This document shows positions 1-10,100 of a stretch of DNA of 64,000 nt, in pieces. Under the pieces are notes generated by a model. It had not been told where the DNA came from and made no database searches. It saw nothing but the letters and a program-made list of their open reading frames with translations. How positions within the stretch are numbered: the stretch's first letter is position 1; each line of letters starts with the position of its first letter. The stretch is from Bacteroidales bacterium (lineage in GTDB: Bacteria > Bacteroidota > Bacteroidia > Bacteroidales > WCHB1-69): assembly GCA_017525505.1 (NCBI GenBank), contig JAFXSR010000012.1, positions 234,502-298,501 on the forward strand. The letters are read 5' to 3'. The position numbers and the translations under genes were made by a program.

Positions 1-1
1 C

Positions 2-205
2 ACCGAGATTACTCCCGAGGTTCTGCACGCCAATGGTTTGGCCAAGAAAAACTGCCTGGTTAAAGTGCTGGGAAAGGGTGAACTGAAGGCCGCTCTGAAA
101 GTTTCTGCCCACGCTTTCTCCGAAACTGCCAAGAACGCTATCAACAACGCTGGTGGTCAGATTACCGTTATCGGAGAGAAAGTGGAGACTCCCGCTGCTG
201 AATAA
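2..205 (+). CDS. rplO: 50S ribosomal protein L15, C-terminal part (truncated by window edge)
   Basis: Frame 2 reads ...VKVLGKGELKAALKVSAHAFSETAKNAINNAGG...AAE*, the L15 C-terminal motif; directly upstream of secY. Confidence 0.95.
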   Translation, partial: TEITPEVLHANGLAKKNCLVKVLGKGELKAALKVSAHAFSETAKNAINNAGGQITVIGEKVETPAAE

Positions 206-235
206 CAAATGTAAATAATACTTATATTATATCTC

Positions 236-1591
236 ATGAAAAAATTTATCGAGACCATAAAAAACATTTTTAGAATCGAGGATCTGAGAAAGAGAATCCT
301 TTACACGCTCTTTATCATCCTGATCTATCGTTTGGGTGCTCATGTGGTGCTTCCGGGTATTAACCCTGGCGCACTTTCGGCATTTACCAAGTCGGCACAG
401 GAAGGTCTGCTCGGTATGTTGGACCTTTTCTCTGGTGGTGCGTTCTCCAACGCCTCCATCTTCGCCCTGGGTATCATGCCCTATATCTCCGCTTCCATCG
501 TCATCCAGTTGATGACTCTGGCAGTGCCTTATTTCCAGCGTCTGCAGAAAGAAGGCGAAAGCGGTAGAAAAAAACTGAACCAGATTACCCGTTACCTGAC
601 TGTGGCTGTGGTCGCTATCCAAGGCCCCGCCTATATCGCCAACATCCAGGGACAGTTCAGCCAGGCCATCTCACCGGCAATGCTTACCCCTATTTTCGGC
701 CATCTGTCAGTTTTCGCCGTTACCTCCTTTATCCTCCTGATTTCAGGAACCCTGTTCATCATGTGGTTGGGTGAACGTATCACCGACAACGGTATTGGCA
801 ACGGTATCTCCATGATCATCATGATCGGTATCATCGCCCGTCTGCCTTTCGCTTTGAGAGCTGAGTTCATCGCTCGTATCAGCGACAACGCCGGTGGTCC
901 TATCATCTTCATCATCGAGTTGGTGGTAATGATGCTGATTATCGCTTTCTGTATCATGCTCGTCCAGGGTACTCGCCGTGTTCCGGTACAGTACGCCAAG
1001 AGAATCGTGGGCAACAAGCAGTATGGTGGTGTGCGTAACTTCCTGCCTCTGAAAGTGAATGCCGCAGGTGTTATGCCTATCATCTTCGCCCAGGCTATCA
1101 TGTTCCTGCCTTTGACTTTCGTTTCTGTAACTGAACAGTCAACCGGCGGATTCTGGCACAGCTTCATCGACTATAATGGATGGGGATACAACATTGTGTT
1201 CTTCCTGATGATTATCCTGTTTACCTATTTCTATACCGCTATCACCATCAACCCGCAGCAGATTGCTGAGGATTTGAAGAAAAACGGTGGTTTTATTCCG
1301 GGTACGAAACCTGGTAAGCAGACCGCTCAGCTGATTGAGGGCATCATGTCCAAGATCACGCTGCCCGGTTCTATTTTCTTGGCTATCGTGGCTATCCTGC
1401 CGGCTATCGTGAGATTGTTTGGTGTGAACCAACAGTTTGCCCAGTTCTTCGGTGGTACCTCCCTCTTGATTATGGTGGGTGTTGTTCTGGATACCCTTCA
1501 GCAAATCGAAAGCCATTTGTTGATGAGACATTACGACGGCTTGACAAAATCCGGAAGAATCAAAGGTCGCTATAGCGGTGGTGCTTACTAA
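236..1591 (+). CDS. secY: Preprotein translocase subunit SecY
   Basis: SIFALGIMPYISASI and FGGTSLLIMVGV motifs, many hydrophobic segments, spc operon position. Confidence 0.99.
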   Translation: MKKFIETIKNIFRIEDLRKRILYTLFIILIYRLGAHVVLPGINPGALSAFTKSAQEGLLGMLDLFSGGAFSNASIFALGIMPYISASIVIQLMTLAVPYFQRLQKEGESGRKKLNQITRYLTVAVVAIQGPAYIANIQGQFSQAISPAMLTPIFGHLSVFAVTSFILLISGTLFIMWLGERITDNGIGNGISMIIMIGIIARLPFALRAEFIARISDNAGGPIIFIIELVVMMLIIAFCIMLVQGTRRVPVQYAKRIVGNKQYGGVRNFLPLKVNAAGVMPIIFAQAIMFLPLTFVSVTEQSTGGFWHSFIDYNGWGYNIVFFLMIILFTYFYTAITINPQQIAEDLKKNGGFIPGTKPGKQTAQLIEGIMSKITLPGSIFLAIVAILPAIVRLFGVNQQFAQFFGGTSLLIMVGVVLDTLQQIESHLLMRHYDGLTKSGRIKGRYSGGAY

Positions 1592-2394
1592 TGAATATGT
1601 TTAACAAGATTCGCTTGAAAAGCGAAGAGGAAATAGAGATTATACAAAAAAGTTCTTTGCTTGTTGGAAAAACTTTGGCCGAAGTGGCAAAGTACATCAA
1701 ACCGGGAGTCCCGCTGACTTACCTCGACAGAATCGGCGAGACTTACATCAGAGACAATGGCGGAGTACCGTCCTTCAAGGGTTATAACGGTTATCCTGCT
1801 TCACTCTGCCTCTCGGTGAACGATGTGGTGGTCCACGGTATTCCCAGAAACGGGATGGTCCTCAACGAAGGGGACATTATTTCGGTGGACTGCGGAGCTT
1901 ACCTTAATGGCTATCATGGTGACTATGCCTACACCTTTGCGGTGGGCGAAGTGTCGGAGGAGAAAAGACTGTTGATGGAACGCACCAAGGAGTCGTTGTA
2001 CAGAGGCATTGCCGCGGCAGTGAAGGGAAACACAACCGGTGACATAGGTCATGCGGTGCAGACCTATTGCGAGTCGTTCGGCTATGGTGTGGTTCGCGAG
2101 CTTTGCGGACATGGCATCGGCAGAAACATGCACGAGAAGCCTGATGTGTGCAACTATGGCAAGCCCGGCAAGGGCGACACCCTGCGTGAAGGCCTCGTCA
2201 TCTGCATCGAACCGATGATCACGATGGGTTCTCGCAAAATCTACTGCGAGCGTGACGAATGGACCATCAGGACCATGGATCATAAGCCTGCGGCACATTA
2301 CGAGCATCAGATCGCCATCACCAAAAACGGCACCAGAGTTTTATCCACCTACAAATTTATCGGGGAAGTGTTGGGAACAGAAGAGAAAATATAA
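1591..2394 (+). CDS. map: Methionine aminopeptidase type I
   Basis: SVNDVVVHGIP, GDIISVDCG, GHGIG, IEPMI and HYEH metal-binding motifs. Confidence 0.98.
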   Translation: MNMFNKIRLKSEEEIEIIQKSSLLVGKTLAEVAKYIKPGVPLTYLDRIGETYIRDNGGVPSFKGYNGYPASLCLSVNDVVVHGIPRNGMVLNEGDIISVDCGAYLNGYHGDYAYTFAVGEVSEEKRLLMERTKESLYRGIAAAVKGNTTGDIGHAVQTYCESFGYGVVRELCGHGIGRNMHEKPDVCNYGKPGKGDTLREGLVICIEPMITMGSRKIYCERDEWTIRTMDHKPAAHYEHQIAITKNGTRVLSTYKFIGEVLGTEEKI

Positions 2395-2406
2395 TTGAAT
2401 CAAGAT

Positions 2407-2628
2407 ATGGCAAAACAATCATCCATTGAATTAGACGGTGTCGTCATCGAATCCTTAGGGAACGCCATGTTCCGTGTCCAGTTGGAAAACGGGCACGTCA
2501 TCATTGCGACCATCTCGGGCAAGATGCGACTGCATTATATCAAGATTCTCCCCGGCGACAAGGTGCAGGTGGAGGTTTCTCCTTACGATTTGACCAGAGG
2601 ACGTATCACATTCAGACATAAATCATAA
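2407..2628 (+). CDS. infA: Translation initiation factor IF-1
   Basis: [11 protein letters not shown]...[18 protein letters not shown]...PYDLTRGRI; ATG at 2407 preferred over TTG at 2395. Confidence 0.98.
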   Translation: MAKQSSIELDGVVIESLGNAMFRVQLENGHVIIATISGKMRLHYIKILPGDKVQVEVSPYDLTRGRITFRHKS

Positions 2629-2642
2629 AAATTAAAATAAAG

Positions 2643-2759
2643 ATGAAAGTAAGAGCTTCAGTAAAGAAAAGATCGGAAGATTGCGTGGTGGTTAGAAGAC
2701 ACGGCGTGGTCTATGTTATCAACAAAAAGAACCCGAAAGAAAAACAACGTCAAGGATAA
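2643..2759 (+). CDS. rpmJ: 50S ribosomal protein L36
   Basis: Manual translation [38 protein letters not shown]; below the ORF-track size cutoff; canonical position between infA and rpsM. Confidence 0.97.
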   Translation: MKVRASVKKRSEDCVVVRRHGVVYVINKKNPKEKQRQG

Positions 2760-2793
2760 TAAGTATTAACATTAAAAAAATAGATTTTAAGCT

Positions 2794-3168
2794 ATGGCAA
2801 GAATTGCAGGTATTGATTTACCGAAAAACAAAAGAGGCGTCATCGGTTTGACTTACATCTATGGTATTGGCCGCAGCACTGCCGCCGCCATCTTGGACAA
2901 AGCCGGTATCAGCCATGACAAAAAGGTAAATGAATGGAATGATGATGAGTTGGCAGCACTCCGTGGAATGATCAATGAGATGAAGGTAGAAGGTGCTTTG
3001 CGTTCGGAAGTTCAGATGAACATCAAGCGTCTGATGGATATCGGATGCTACAGAGGCATTCGTCATCGTATCGGTTTACCGTTACGTGGACAGAGTACCA
3101 AGAACAATGCGCGTACTCGTAAGGGTCGTAAGAAAACTGTTGCAAACAAGAAGAAAGCAACTAAGTAA
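2794..3168 (+). CDS. rpsM: 30S ribosomal protein S13
   Basis: [10 protein letters not shown]...[26 protein letters not shown]. Confidence 0.99.
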   Translation: MARIAGIDLPKNKRGVIGLTYIYGIGRSTAAAILDKAGISHDKKVNEWNDDELAALRGMINEMKVEGALRSEVQMNIKRLMDIGCYRGIRHRIGLPLRGQSTKNNARTRKGRKKTVANKKKATK

Positions 3169-3194
3169 TTAATTGATTATCAGGAAAAAGTATT

Positions 3195-3584
3195 ATGGCA
3201 AAGAATACCAAATCAACAAAGAAAAAAGTTGTTAGAATTGATGCAATGGGCAAGGCCTTCGTGTATGCGTCGTTCAATAATGTTATTGTTTCCCTCACCA
3301 ACAGCGACGGTCAGGTTATTTCTTGGTCATCCGCTGGTAAGATGGGATTCAGAGGCTCCAAGAAGAACACTCCTTATGCAGCTCAGATGGCTGCCCAGGA
3401 TTGCGCCAAAGTTGCCTATGATCTTGGCTTAAGAAAAGTTAAGGTTTTTGTAAAAGGACCTGGTGGTGGTAGAGAATCCGCTATCAGAACCATTCACGCC
3501 GCCGGTATCATGGTGGAAGAGATCACCGATGTGACTCCGCTTCCGCACAATGGTTGCCGTCCTCCCAAACGCAGACGTGTATAA
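3195..3584 (+). CDS. rpsK: 30S ribosomal protein S11
   Basis: [14 protein letters not shown] and [18 protein letters not shown]. Confidence 0.99.
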   Translation: MAKNTKSTKKKVVRIDAMGKAFVYASFNNVIVSLTNSDGQVISWSSAGKMGFRGSKKNTPYAAQMAAQDCAKVAYDLGLRKVKVFVKGPGGGRESAIRTIHAAGIMVEEITDVTPLPHNGCRPPKRRRV

Positions 3585-3625
3585 TTTATCAACATCAGTA
3601 TAAAGAACCTTAAAATAGCAAGAAA

Positions 3626-4231
3626 ATGGCAAGATATACAGGACCTAAAACCAAGATTGCAAGAAAGTTCCATGAACCCATTTATGGAGCTGACAAATAT
3701 TTTGAACACAAGAATTATCCTCCCGGACAGCACGGCCAGTCCAGAAAGCGTTCCAAATTGTCAGAGTACGGTATGCAGTTGCAAGAAAAGCAGAAAGCCA
3801 AATATACCTATGGTATTCTGGAACGTCAGTTTAGAAAATTGTTCCATGCCGCTGCCCGTAAGAAAGGTATCACCGGTCAGAACTTGATGAAACTTATCGA
3901 GTCACGTTTGGACAATGTGGTATATCGTCTGGGTATCGCTCCGAGCAGAGCCGCCGCGCGTCAGCTGGTGAGCCACAGACATATTCTGTTGAACGGTCAG
4001 ATCTGCAATATTCCTTCCGCACTGTTGGTGCCTGGCGATATCGTGGCAGTTCGCGAACGTTCAAAATCTCTCGAAGTGATTACCAACTCACTGAGTGGCA
4101 AGACCAACAGCTTCTCATGGTTGGAATGGGACGGCAATATGATGAGCGGTAAGTTCATGAACTATCCCGAGAGAGAGGAAATTCCCGAAACCATCAACGA
4201 GCAGGCTATTGTTGAATTGTATTCTAAATAA
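3626..4231 (+). CDS. rpsD: 30S ribosomal protein S4
   Basis: [26 protein letters not shown] and IVELYSK motifs. Confidence 0.99.
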   Translation: MARYTGPKTKIARKFHEPIYGADKYFEHKNYPPGQHGQSRKRSKLSEYGMQLQEKQKAKYTYGILERQFRKLFHAAARKKGITGQNLMKLIESRLDNVVYRLGIAPSRAAARQLVSHRHILLNGQICNIPSALLVPGDIVAVRERSKSLEVITNSLSGKTNSFSWLEWDGNMMSGKFMNYPEREEIPETINEQAIVELYSK

Positions 4232-4337
4232 TGATTATATAAACCGCCTCCACGTCTCCACGGTTTCACGTCTAAACGTTTATGCGGTTTGAAGGAATAC
4301 ACGAAGATAAGTAAATAACAATCAAAACAAAATAGAA

Positions 4338-5333
4338 ATGGCAATTTTAACGTTTCAAAAGCCCGACAAGGTCATCATGATCGAGGCCGACGATTTCCAT
4401 GGCAAGTTTGAGTTCCGTCCCTTGCAGCAGGGATATGGCATGACCATTGGAAACGCCTTGCGTCGCGTGCTGATTTCCTCACTCGAGGGCTATGCCATCA
4501 CTTCTGTCAAAATCGAAGGTGTGGTGCAAGAGTTTTCCTCAATCCAGGGTGTTATGGAGGATGTAACCGACATCATCCTTAACCTCAAGCAGATTCGCTT
4601 CAAAAACAAGATTGAGAACAATAACTCAGAGACTGCCAAGATCGTCATCTCCGGTCAGGACAAATTCACTGCCGGCGACATGAACCGTTTCCTGAACTAT
4701 TTCCAGGTGCTGAATCCGGAATTGCTCATTTGCCGTATGGAGCCTGAAGTGGTGCTGTCCATGGAAATCACCATCGACAAGGGACGCGGTTATGTTCCTG
4801 CTGAAGAGAACAAGTCACTGCACGAGGGCATCGGTGTCATCACCATCGATTCTATTCACACTCCCATCAAGAATGTGAAATACACTGTTGAGAATTACCG
4901 TGTGGAGCAGCGCACCGACTTCGAGAAGCTGGTGTTTGAGATCGATACCGATGGTTCTATCCATCCGAAGGAAGCTTTGAAAGAGGCTGCCAAAATATTG
5001 ATCCAGCACTTCGTACTGTTCTCTGACGAGAAGATTGCCATGGATTCGCCCGAACTGAGTGTTTCCAACGAAGAATTTGACGATGCCTCCAAGCTGACTC
5101 GCCAGATCCTGAAATCCAAGTTAGTGGATATGGATTTGTCTGTACGTGCCCTCAACTGCTTGAAGACCGCCGAGTTGGAGACCTTGGGAGACCTCGTTGC
5201 CATCCATAAGAGCGATTTGTTGAAATTCAGAAATTTCGGTAAGAAATCTTTGGCCGAATTGGAAGATTTGGTGAAGTCGAAAGGTCTGGAATTTGGAATG
5301 AATGTATCAAAGTATAAATTAGATAAGGATTAA
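4338..5333 (+). CDS. rpoA: DNA-directed RNA polymerase subunit alpha
   Basis: [32 protein letters not shown]. Confidence 0.99.
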   Translation: MAILTFQKPDKVIMIEADDFHGKFEFRPLQQGYGMTIGNALRRVLISSLEGYAITSVKIEGVVQEFSSIQGVMEDVTDIILNLKQIRFKNKIENNNSETAKIVISGQDKFTAGDMNRFLNYFQVLNPELLICRMEPEVVLSMEITIDKGRGYVPAEENKSLHEGIGVITIDSIHTPIKNVKYTVENYRVEQRTDFEKLVFEIDTDGSIHPKEALKEAAKILIQHFVLFSDEKIAMDSPELSVSNEEFDDASKLTRQILKSKLVDMDLSVRALNCLKTAELETLGDLVAIHKSDLLKFRNFGKKSLAELEDLVKSKGLEFGMNVSKYKLDKD

Positions 5334-5338
5334 GAATC

Positions 5339-5836
5339 ATGAGACACGCGAAAAGAATCAATCATTTAGGAAGAACAAGCGCGCACAGAGCTGCCATGTT
5401 GTCCAATATGGCTACCTCCTTGATCATGCATAAGCACATCCATACCACTTTGGCCAAAGCTAAGGAGTTGAAGAAGTTTGTGGAACCGCTGATTACGCGC
5501 AGCAAAAACGACACGACTCATTCAAGACGTATGGTTTTCGCTTCCCTGCACAACAAGTTTGCTGTCAGCGAATTGTTCAGAGAAGTCTCTCAGAAAGTGG
5601 CAGACCGCCCAGGTGGTTATACCCGTATTCTGAAGACTGGTTTCAGAAAAGGTGACAATGCCGAAATGTGCATCATCGAATTGGTGGATTACAACGAAAC
5701 CTACACCACTACCGAAACCAAGAAGAAAACTACTAGAACCAGACGTAGCAAAAAGTCAGCCCCCAAGGCTGAAGTTGAAGCTACCGCTGTTGAAACTGTT
5801 GAGGCACCTGCCACCGAGGCACCCGCCGCTGAGTAA
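5339..5836 (+). CDS. rplQ: 50S ribosomal protein L17
   Basis: [17 protein letters not shown] and [10 protein letters not shown]; Ala/Glu-rich tail. Confidence 0.99.
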   Translation: MRHAKRINHLGRTSAHRAAMLSNMATSLIMHKHIHTTLAKAKELKKFVEPLITRSKNDTTHSRRMVFASLHNKFAVSELFREVSQKVADRPGGYTRILKTGFRKGDNAEMCIIELVDYNETYTTTETKKKTTRTRRSKKSAPKAEVEATAVETVEAPATEAPAAE

Positions 5837-5866
5837 GCTGAAGGTTTTTGAAATTTTGTTCAAAAT

Positions 5867-5903
5867 AAAACTCTCTTTGTTGTTCAACAAGAGAGTTTTT
5901 TTT
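5867..5903 (+). terminator. Intrinsic terminator after rplQ
   Basis: AAAACTCTCTTTGTTG-TT-CAACAAGAGAGTTTT hairpin followed by a T run. Confidence 0.8.
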
Positions 5904-5904
5904 A

Positions 5905-5912
5905 TATTTTTG
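5905..5912 (+). promoter_or_regulatory. Bacteroidota -7 promoter element for mscL
   Basis: TATTTTTG matches TAnnTTTG shortly upstream of the mscL start. Confidence 0.6.
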
Positions 5913-5966
5913 CCGATACATATTGAGAATGAATCAGATTTATTTACTAACTAAAATTTCAATACT

Positions 5967-6404
5967 ATGGGCTTTTTTAAAGAATTCAAGGAATTTGCCA
6001 TGAAAGGCAATGTTATGGACATGGCTATCGGTGTGATTATCGGTGGCGCTTTTGGCAAGATTGTCACTTCTTTGGTCAACGATGTGTTGATGCCTCTGAT
6101 TGGTGCTTTGATCGGGAATGTCGATTTTACTACCCTTTCAGCTACACTGAAACCTGCCGTCATGAATGGCGAGGAAGTGGTCAAAGAGGCTGTTACGCTG
6201 AATTACGGTAATTTCATCCAGACTACCGTCGATTTCCTCATCGTGGCTTTCTGTATCTTCTTGGTGATTAAACTTATCAACAAGGCTTCCAGAATGGTGA
6301 AAAAACCTGCCGAGGAAGAGGCACCCGCCGCTCCAGCAGAACCGGAACCCACCAGGGAAGAAATCTTGCTGACTGAAATCAGAGACTTGCTGAAACAGAA
6401 ATAA
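5967..6404 (+). CDS. mscL: Large-conductance mechanosensitive channel
   Basis: [27 protein letters not shown] and LLTEIRDLL. Confidence 0.98.
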   Translation: MGFFKEFKEFAMKGNVMDMAIGVIIGGAFGKIVTSLVNDVLMPLIGALIGNVDFTTLSATLKPAVMNGEEVVKEAVTLNYGNFIQTTVDFLIVAFCIFLVIKLINKASRMVKKPAEEEAPAAPAEPEPTREEILLTEIRDLLKQK

Positions 6405-6422
6405 GAGAAGCTTTGGCAATAG

Positions 6423-6456
6423 AAAAAGAGGGTTTTGTAGCCCTCTTTTTTATTTT
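6423..6456 (+). terminator. Intrinsic terminator after mscL
   Basis: AAAAAGAGGG-loop-CCCTCTTTTT. Confidence 0.8.
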
Positions 6457-6486
6457 AAAATCGCTTGTTAATCAAAATATTTGTGT

Positions 6487-6494
6487 TAATTTTG
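6487..6494 (+). promoter_or_regulatory. Bacteroidota -7 promoter element
   Basis: TAATTTTG upstream of the 6552 gene. Confidence 0.55.
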
Positions 6495-6551
6495 CACACT
6501 GTATTGTTGAAAACTTTATATACCTGTTATCGCTAAAAAAATCAAAATGTT

Positions 6552-7040
6552 ATGGTTAGAAAAATTGTCGCTTTTGTCGCTTTCAGTGTAATCAATGTTT
6601 CCTTATTCGCCCAATCGGTGGTGGTGCCCACTGGCGGTACAGCCAACGGCAGTGGAGGTACTGTTACCTATACAGTCGGACAGATTGCCGACCAGAAAGT
6701 TGAAGGTGATGGCCGTTACATTATTGAAGGGGTGCAACAACCCTACGAGATTCAGGTGGTTGGCATCAATAGCTATCCGGGTATCAACCTCTCTGCGGTA
6801 GTTTATCCCAACCCTACATTCGGCAGGGTGGTGTTGAGTATCAGGGATTATGAAATCCCTTCATCAGGATTGATGCTCCAGTTGTATGATCTGAATGGTA
6901 AACATTTGAAAACGATGGTCATCGTGGATCCGGATACAGAGCTTGATTTCTCCGGTTTAGCCGCCGCTACCTACCAGTTGCGAGTGGTGAATCAGAATCA
7001 ATTGCTGAAAACCTTCAAGGTGGTAAAGAACAGCCTATAA
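6552..7040 (+). CDS. Small T9SS type A sorting-domain protein
   Basis: Signal peptide, short Gly-rich segment (TGGTANGSGGTVTYTVGQ...GVQQP), then CTD motifs VYPNP, LYDLNGK, YQLRV and terminal FKVVK. Confidence 0.85.
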   Translation: MVRKIVAFVAFSVINVSLFAQSVVVPTGGTANGSGGTVTYTVGQIADQKVEGDGRYIIEGVQQPYEIQVVGINSYPGINLSAVVYPNPTFGRVVLSIRDYEIPSSGLMLQLYDLNGKHLKTMVIVDPDTELDFSGLAAATYQLRVVNQNQLLKTFKVVKNSL

Positions 7041-7135
7041 AATAGTTGGCAATTGCCTGTTGACCGTGGGGACGCATCACTAGCTTCCGGAAGATGTTTC
7101 GGTAAATAATCAATAATTATAAAGAAAAAAAACGT

Positions 7136-10100
7136 ATGAGAAAAGTTTTACTTTTGTTAGTGATGGTGTTTGCCGTGGCAATGCTGTGGGCACAAACACC
7201 GCAAAAAATGACCTATCAGGCGGTGGTTCGCAATGCGAACAATAGCTTGGTGGTCAATCAGAATGTAAGAGTGCGGATTTCGATTTTGCAGGGAAGCGAA
7301 AGCGGAAGCCCTGTCTATGTCGAGACTCACGAACCAAGCACCAATGCCAATGGCTTGATGACTGTGGAAGTAGGTGACGGCAGCGTTGTGTCAGGAGTTT
7401 TCACCGACATCAATTGGGCCAATGGACCGTATTATTTGAAATCTGAGATTGACCCTACGGGTGGATTCAACTACAACATTACTGGAGTTCAGGAGTTGTT
7501 GAGCGTGCCTTATGCCCTGTATGCCAGCCAAGCAGGCAATGTTCCTGCCTTTGCTGTTATTCCAACCGATACGGGTTATGTGATTTCTATTACCCAGGCT
7601 GGCAGCACTCCGCAGGCCTTCTTCTTGCGCCAAGGAACTCCCGGACCGCAAGGACCGCAGGGTGAACCCGGTAATAACGGCGCTGATGGTAACGGCATCG
7701 CCTCCATCGCCAAAACTGGCGAAGTGGGAAATGTTGACACCTATACTATCACTTTTACCAATGGCTCCACCAGCACCTTCACCGTCACCAATGGCGTGAA
7801 TGGTACTAATGGACAGAATGGCCAAAACGGTCAGGATGGTGTTTCGCCCATTGTGACTACGCTCACTGCTGGTGACAGCACAACGGTGACCATTACGGAT
7901 GCCAATGGACCTCACAGTTTTGTTCTCCATAACGGACAAAATGGTGTTGACGGAGCCGATGGTATAAACGGAACCAATGGTACAAATGGCCAGGATGGTT
8001 TCTCACCTATTGTGACGACCATTACTGCTGGTGACAGCACAACGGTGACCATCACGGATGCCAATGGACCTCACAGTTTTGTTCTCCGTAACGGACAAAA
8101 TGGTATAAACGGAACCAGCGGTACAAATGGCCAGGACGGTTTCTCACCCATTGTGATGACCACTACTGCTGGTGACAGCACAACGGTGACCATCACAGAT
8201 GCCAACGGGCCACATAGTTTTGTTCTCCACAACGGACAAAACGGAGTTGATGGAGCCGATGGTATAAACGGAACCAATGGCACCAATGGCCAGGACGGCT
8301 TCTCTCCCATTGTGACAACCTTTACCGCTGGTGACAGCACAACGGTGACCATCACGGATGCCAATGGTTCTCATAGTTTTGTTCTCCATAACGGACAAAA
8401 TGGTGTTGACGGAGCCGATGGTATAAACGGCACCAACGGTCAGGACGGTTTCTCACCCATTGTGACGACCACTACCGCTGGTGACAGCACAACGGTGACC
8501 ATCACGGATGCCAATGGACCTCACAGTTTTGTTCTCCATAACGGACAAAATGGTGTTGACGGAGTTGATGGTATAAACGGAACCAACGGTACAAATGGTA
8601 TTGATGGTAATGGTATTGTTTATATTGTCAAGACGGGTGCCGATTACTTGGTGGATACATATACTATCACATATACCAACGGTTCTACTAGTACTTTCAC
8701 GGTGACCAATGGTGCTCCAGGTGCGCAGGGTCCGCAAGGTGATCCTGGCACATCTGGCAGCAATGGTAATGATGGCAGGGGCATTGTCTCTATCGCAAAG
8801 ACTGGTGAAACCGGCAATGTGGATACTTACACCATCACCTATACCGATGCAACCACTTCCACATTCACCATCACCAATGGTGAAGACGGAGAGGATGGTG
8901 TCTCCCCAATTGTGACGGCGGCGGCATCCGGTTCCAATGTGATCATCACTGTAACCGATGGTACGGGTTCGCACGAATATGTGATTCCCACCACCAGCGG
9001 TGAGATGACCCAGTTGCCTGCCAACTGGACAGAGGAAAACAGCTCAAGCCCACAGTATATCATGAACAAGCCGACGCTGGCTCCGGTGGCCACTTCCGGT
9101 AGCTATAATGACTTGAGCAACAAACCGGAATTCCCCGCTGTTCCTACTGAAGTTAGTGCCTTTAATAACGATGCGGGCTACCTTACCTCTGATAGTCTTG
9201 CAGACCTGAACAACCAGCAAGTACAAATGCAGCATCTTATTGACAGTTTGTCGCAGGTGATAGATGATCTCCAGTTTGTATGCGGTGCCGAGGTGCAGGA
9301 TGTCGATGGTAATATATACCATACTGTGAAAATTGGCAATCAGTGCTGGATGAGGGAAAATATGAAGACGACCCGTTTCAGTGATGGTACAGCAATACAG
9401 CAGGGCGCAGGTGTTTCTTCTGTAAACGCCTATTGGTACTACCCCAATGGTAATTCTGCCAATAAGGAAGCATACGGCTTGCTATACAACTGGCCGGCGG
9501 TGATGAATAGTGCAGCATCCTCTGATGCCAATCCTTCTGGTGTGCAAGGACTCTGTCCTAAAGGCTGGCATGTGCCGAGCACTGCCGAATGGACACAACT
9601 TACCGAATATGTGGGTGGTCAAAGTCAGTACCTTTGTAACAGCATCTCAAACAATATTGCCAAATCATTGGCAGCTACCACAGCATGGATCAACCATGCC
9701 AACGAGTGTGCTGTTGGTAACGACGTGAGTGCGAACAATGCCACAGGTTTCTCTGCCATGCCTTCTGGCGCATACTATAGTGGCAATATGGATTTCAATA
9801 GAGGGTCTTATTTCTATTGTGCTACCGAAAGTAATGCCGGCAGTGCATACGTATATACCATAAGTCATTCTGAGGCAACCGTTTCTAACTATGCTTTTAA
9901 TAAAATTGGCGGATTTTCAGTCCGTTGTATGCGCAGCGCCGCTTCACAAGTGAGTATACCAAGTTCTGAAATCAATTTGCATGACTCGTTGGCTACCGTG
10001 GCATTTACGGGTAACTATGAAGATATGACCGGCACTCCGGAAATTCCCACTGTTCCCACGGTAATTTCAGCTTTCACCAACGACGCTGGATACATCACCA

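Noticed and set aside
7829-8597. CRISPR-like repeat array
   Set aside because: The repeats are in-frame coding units with no unique spacers, and there are no cas genes.
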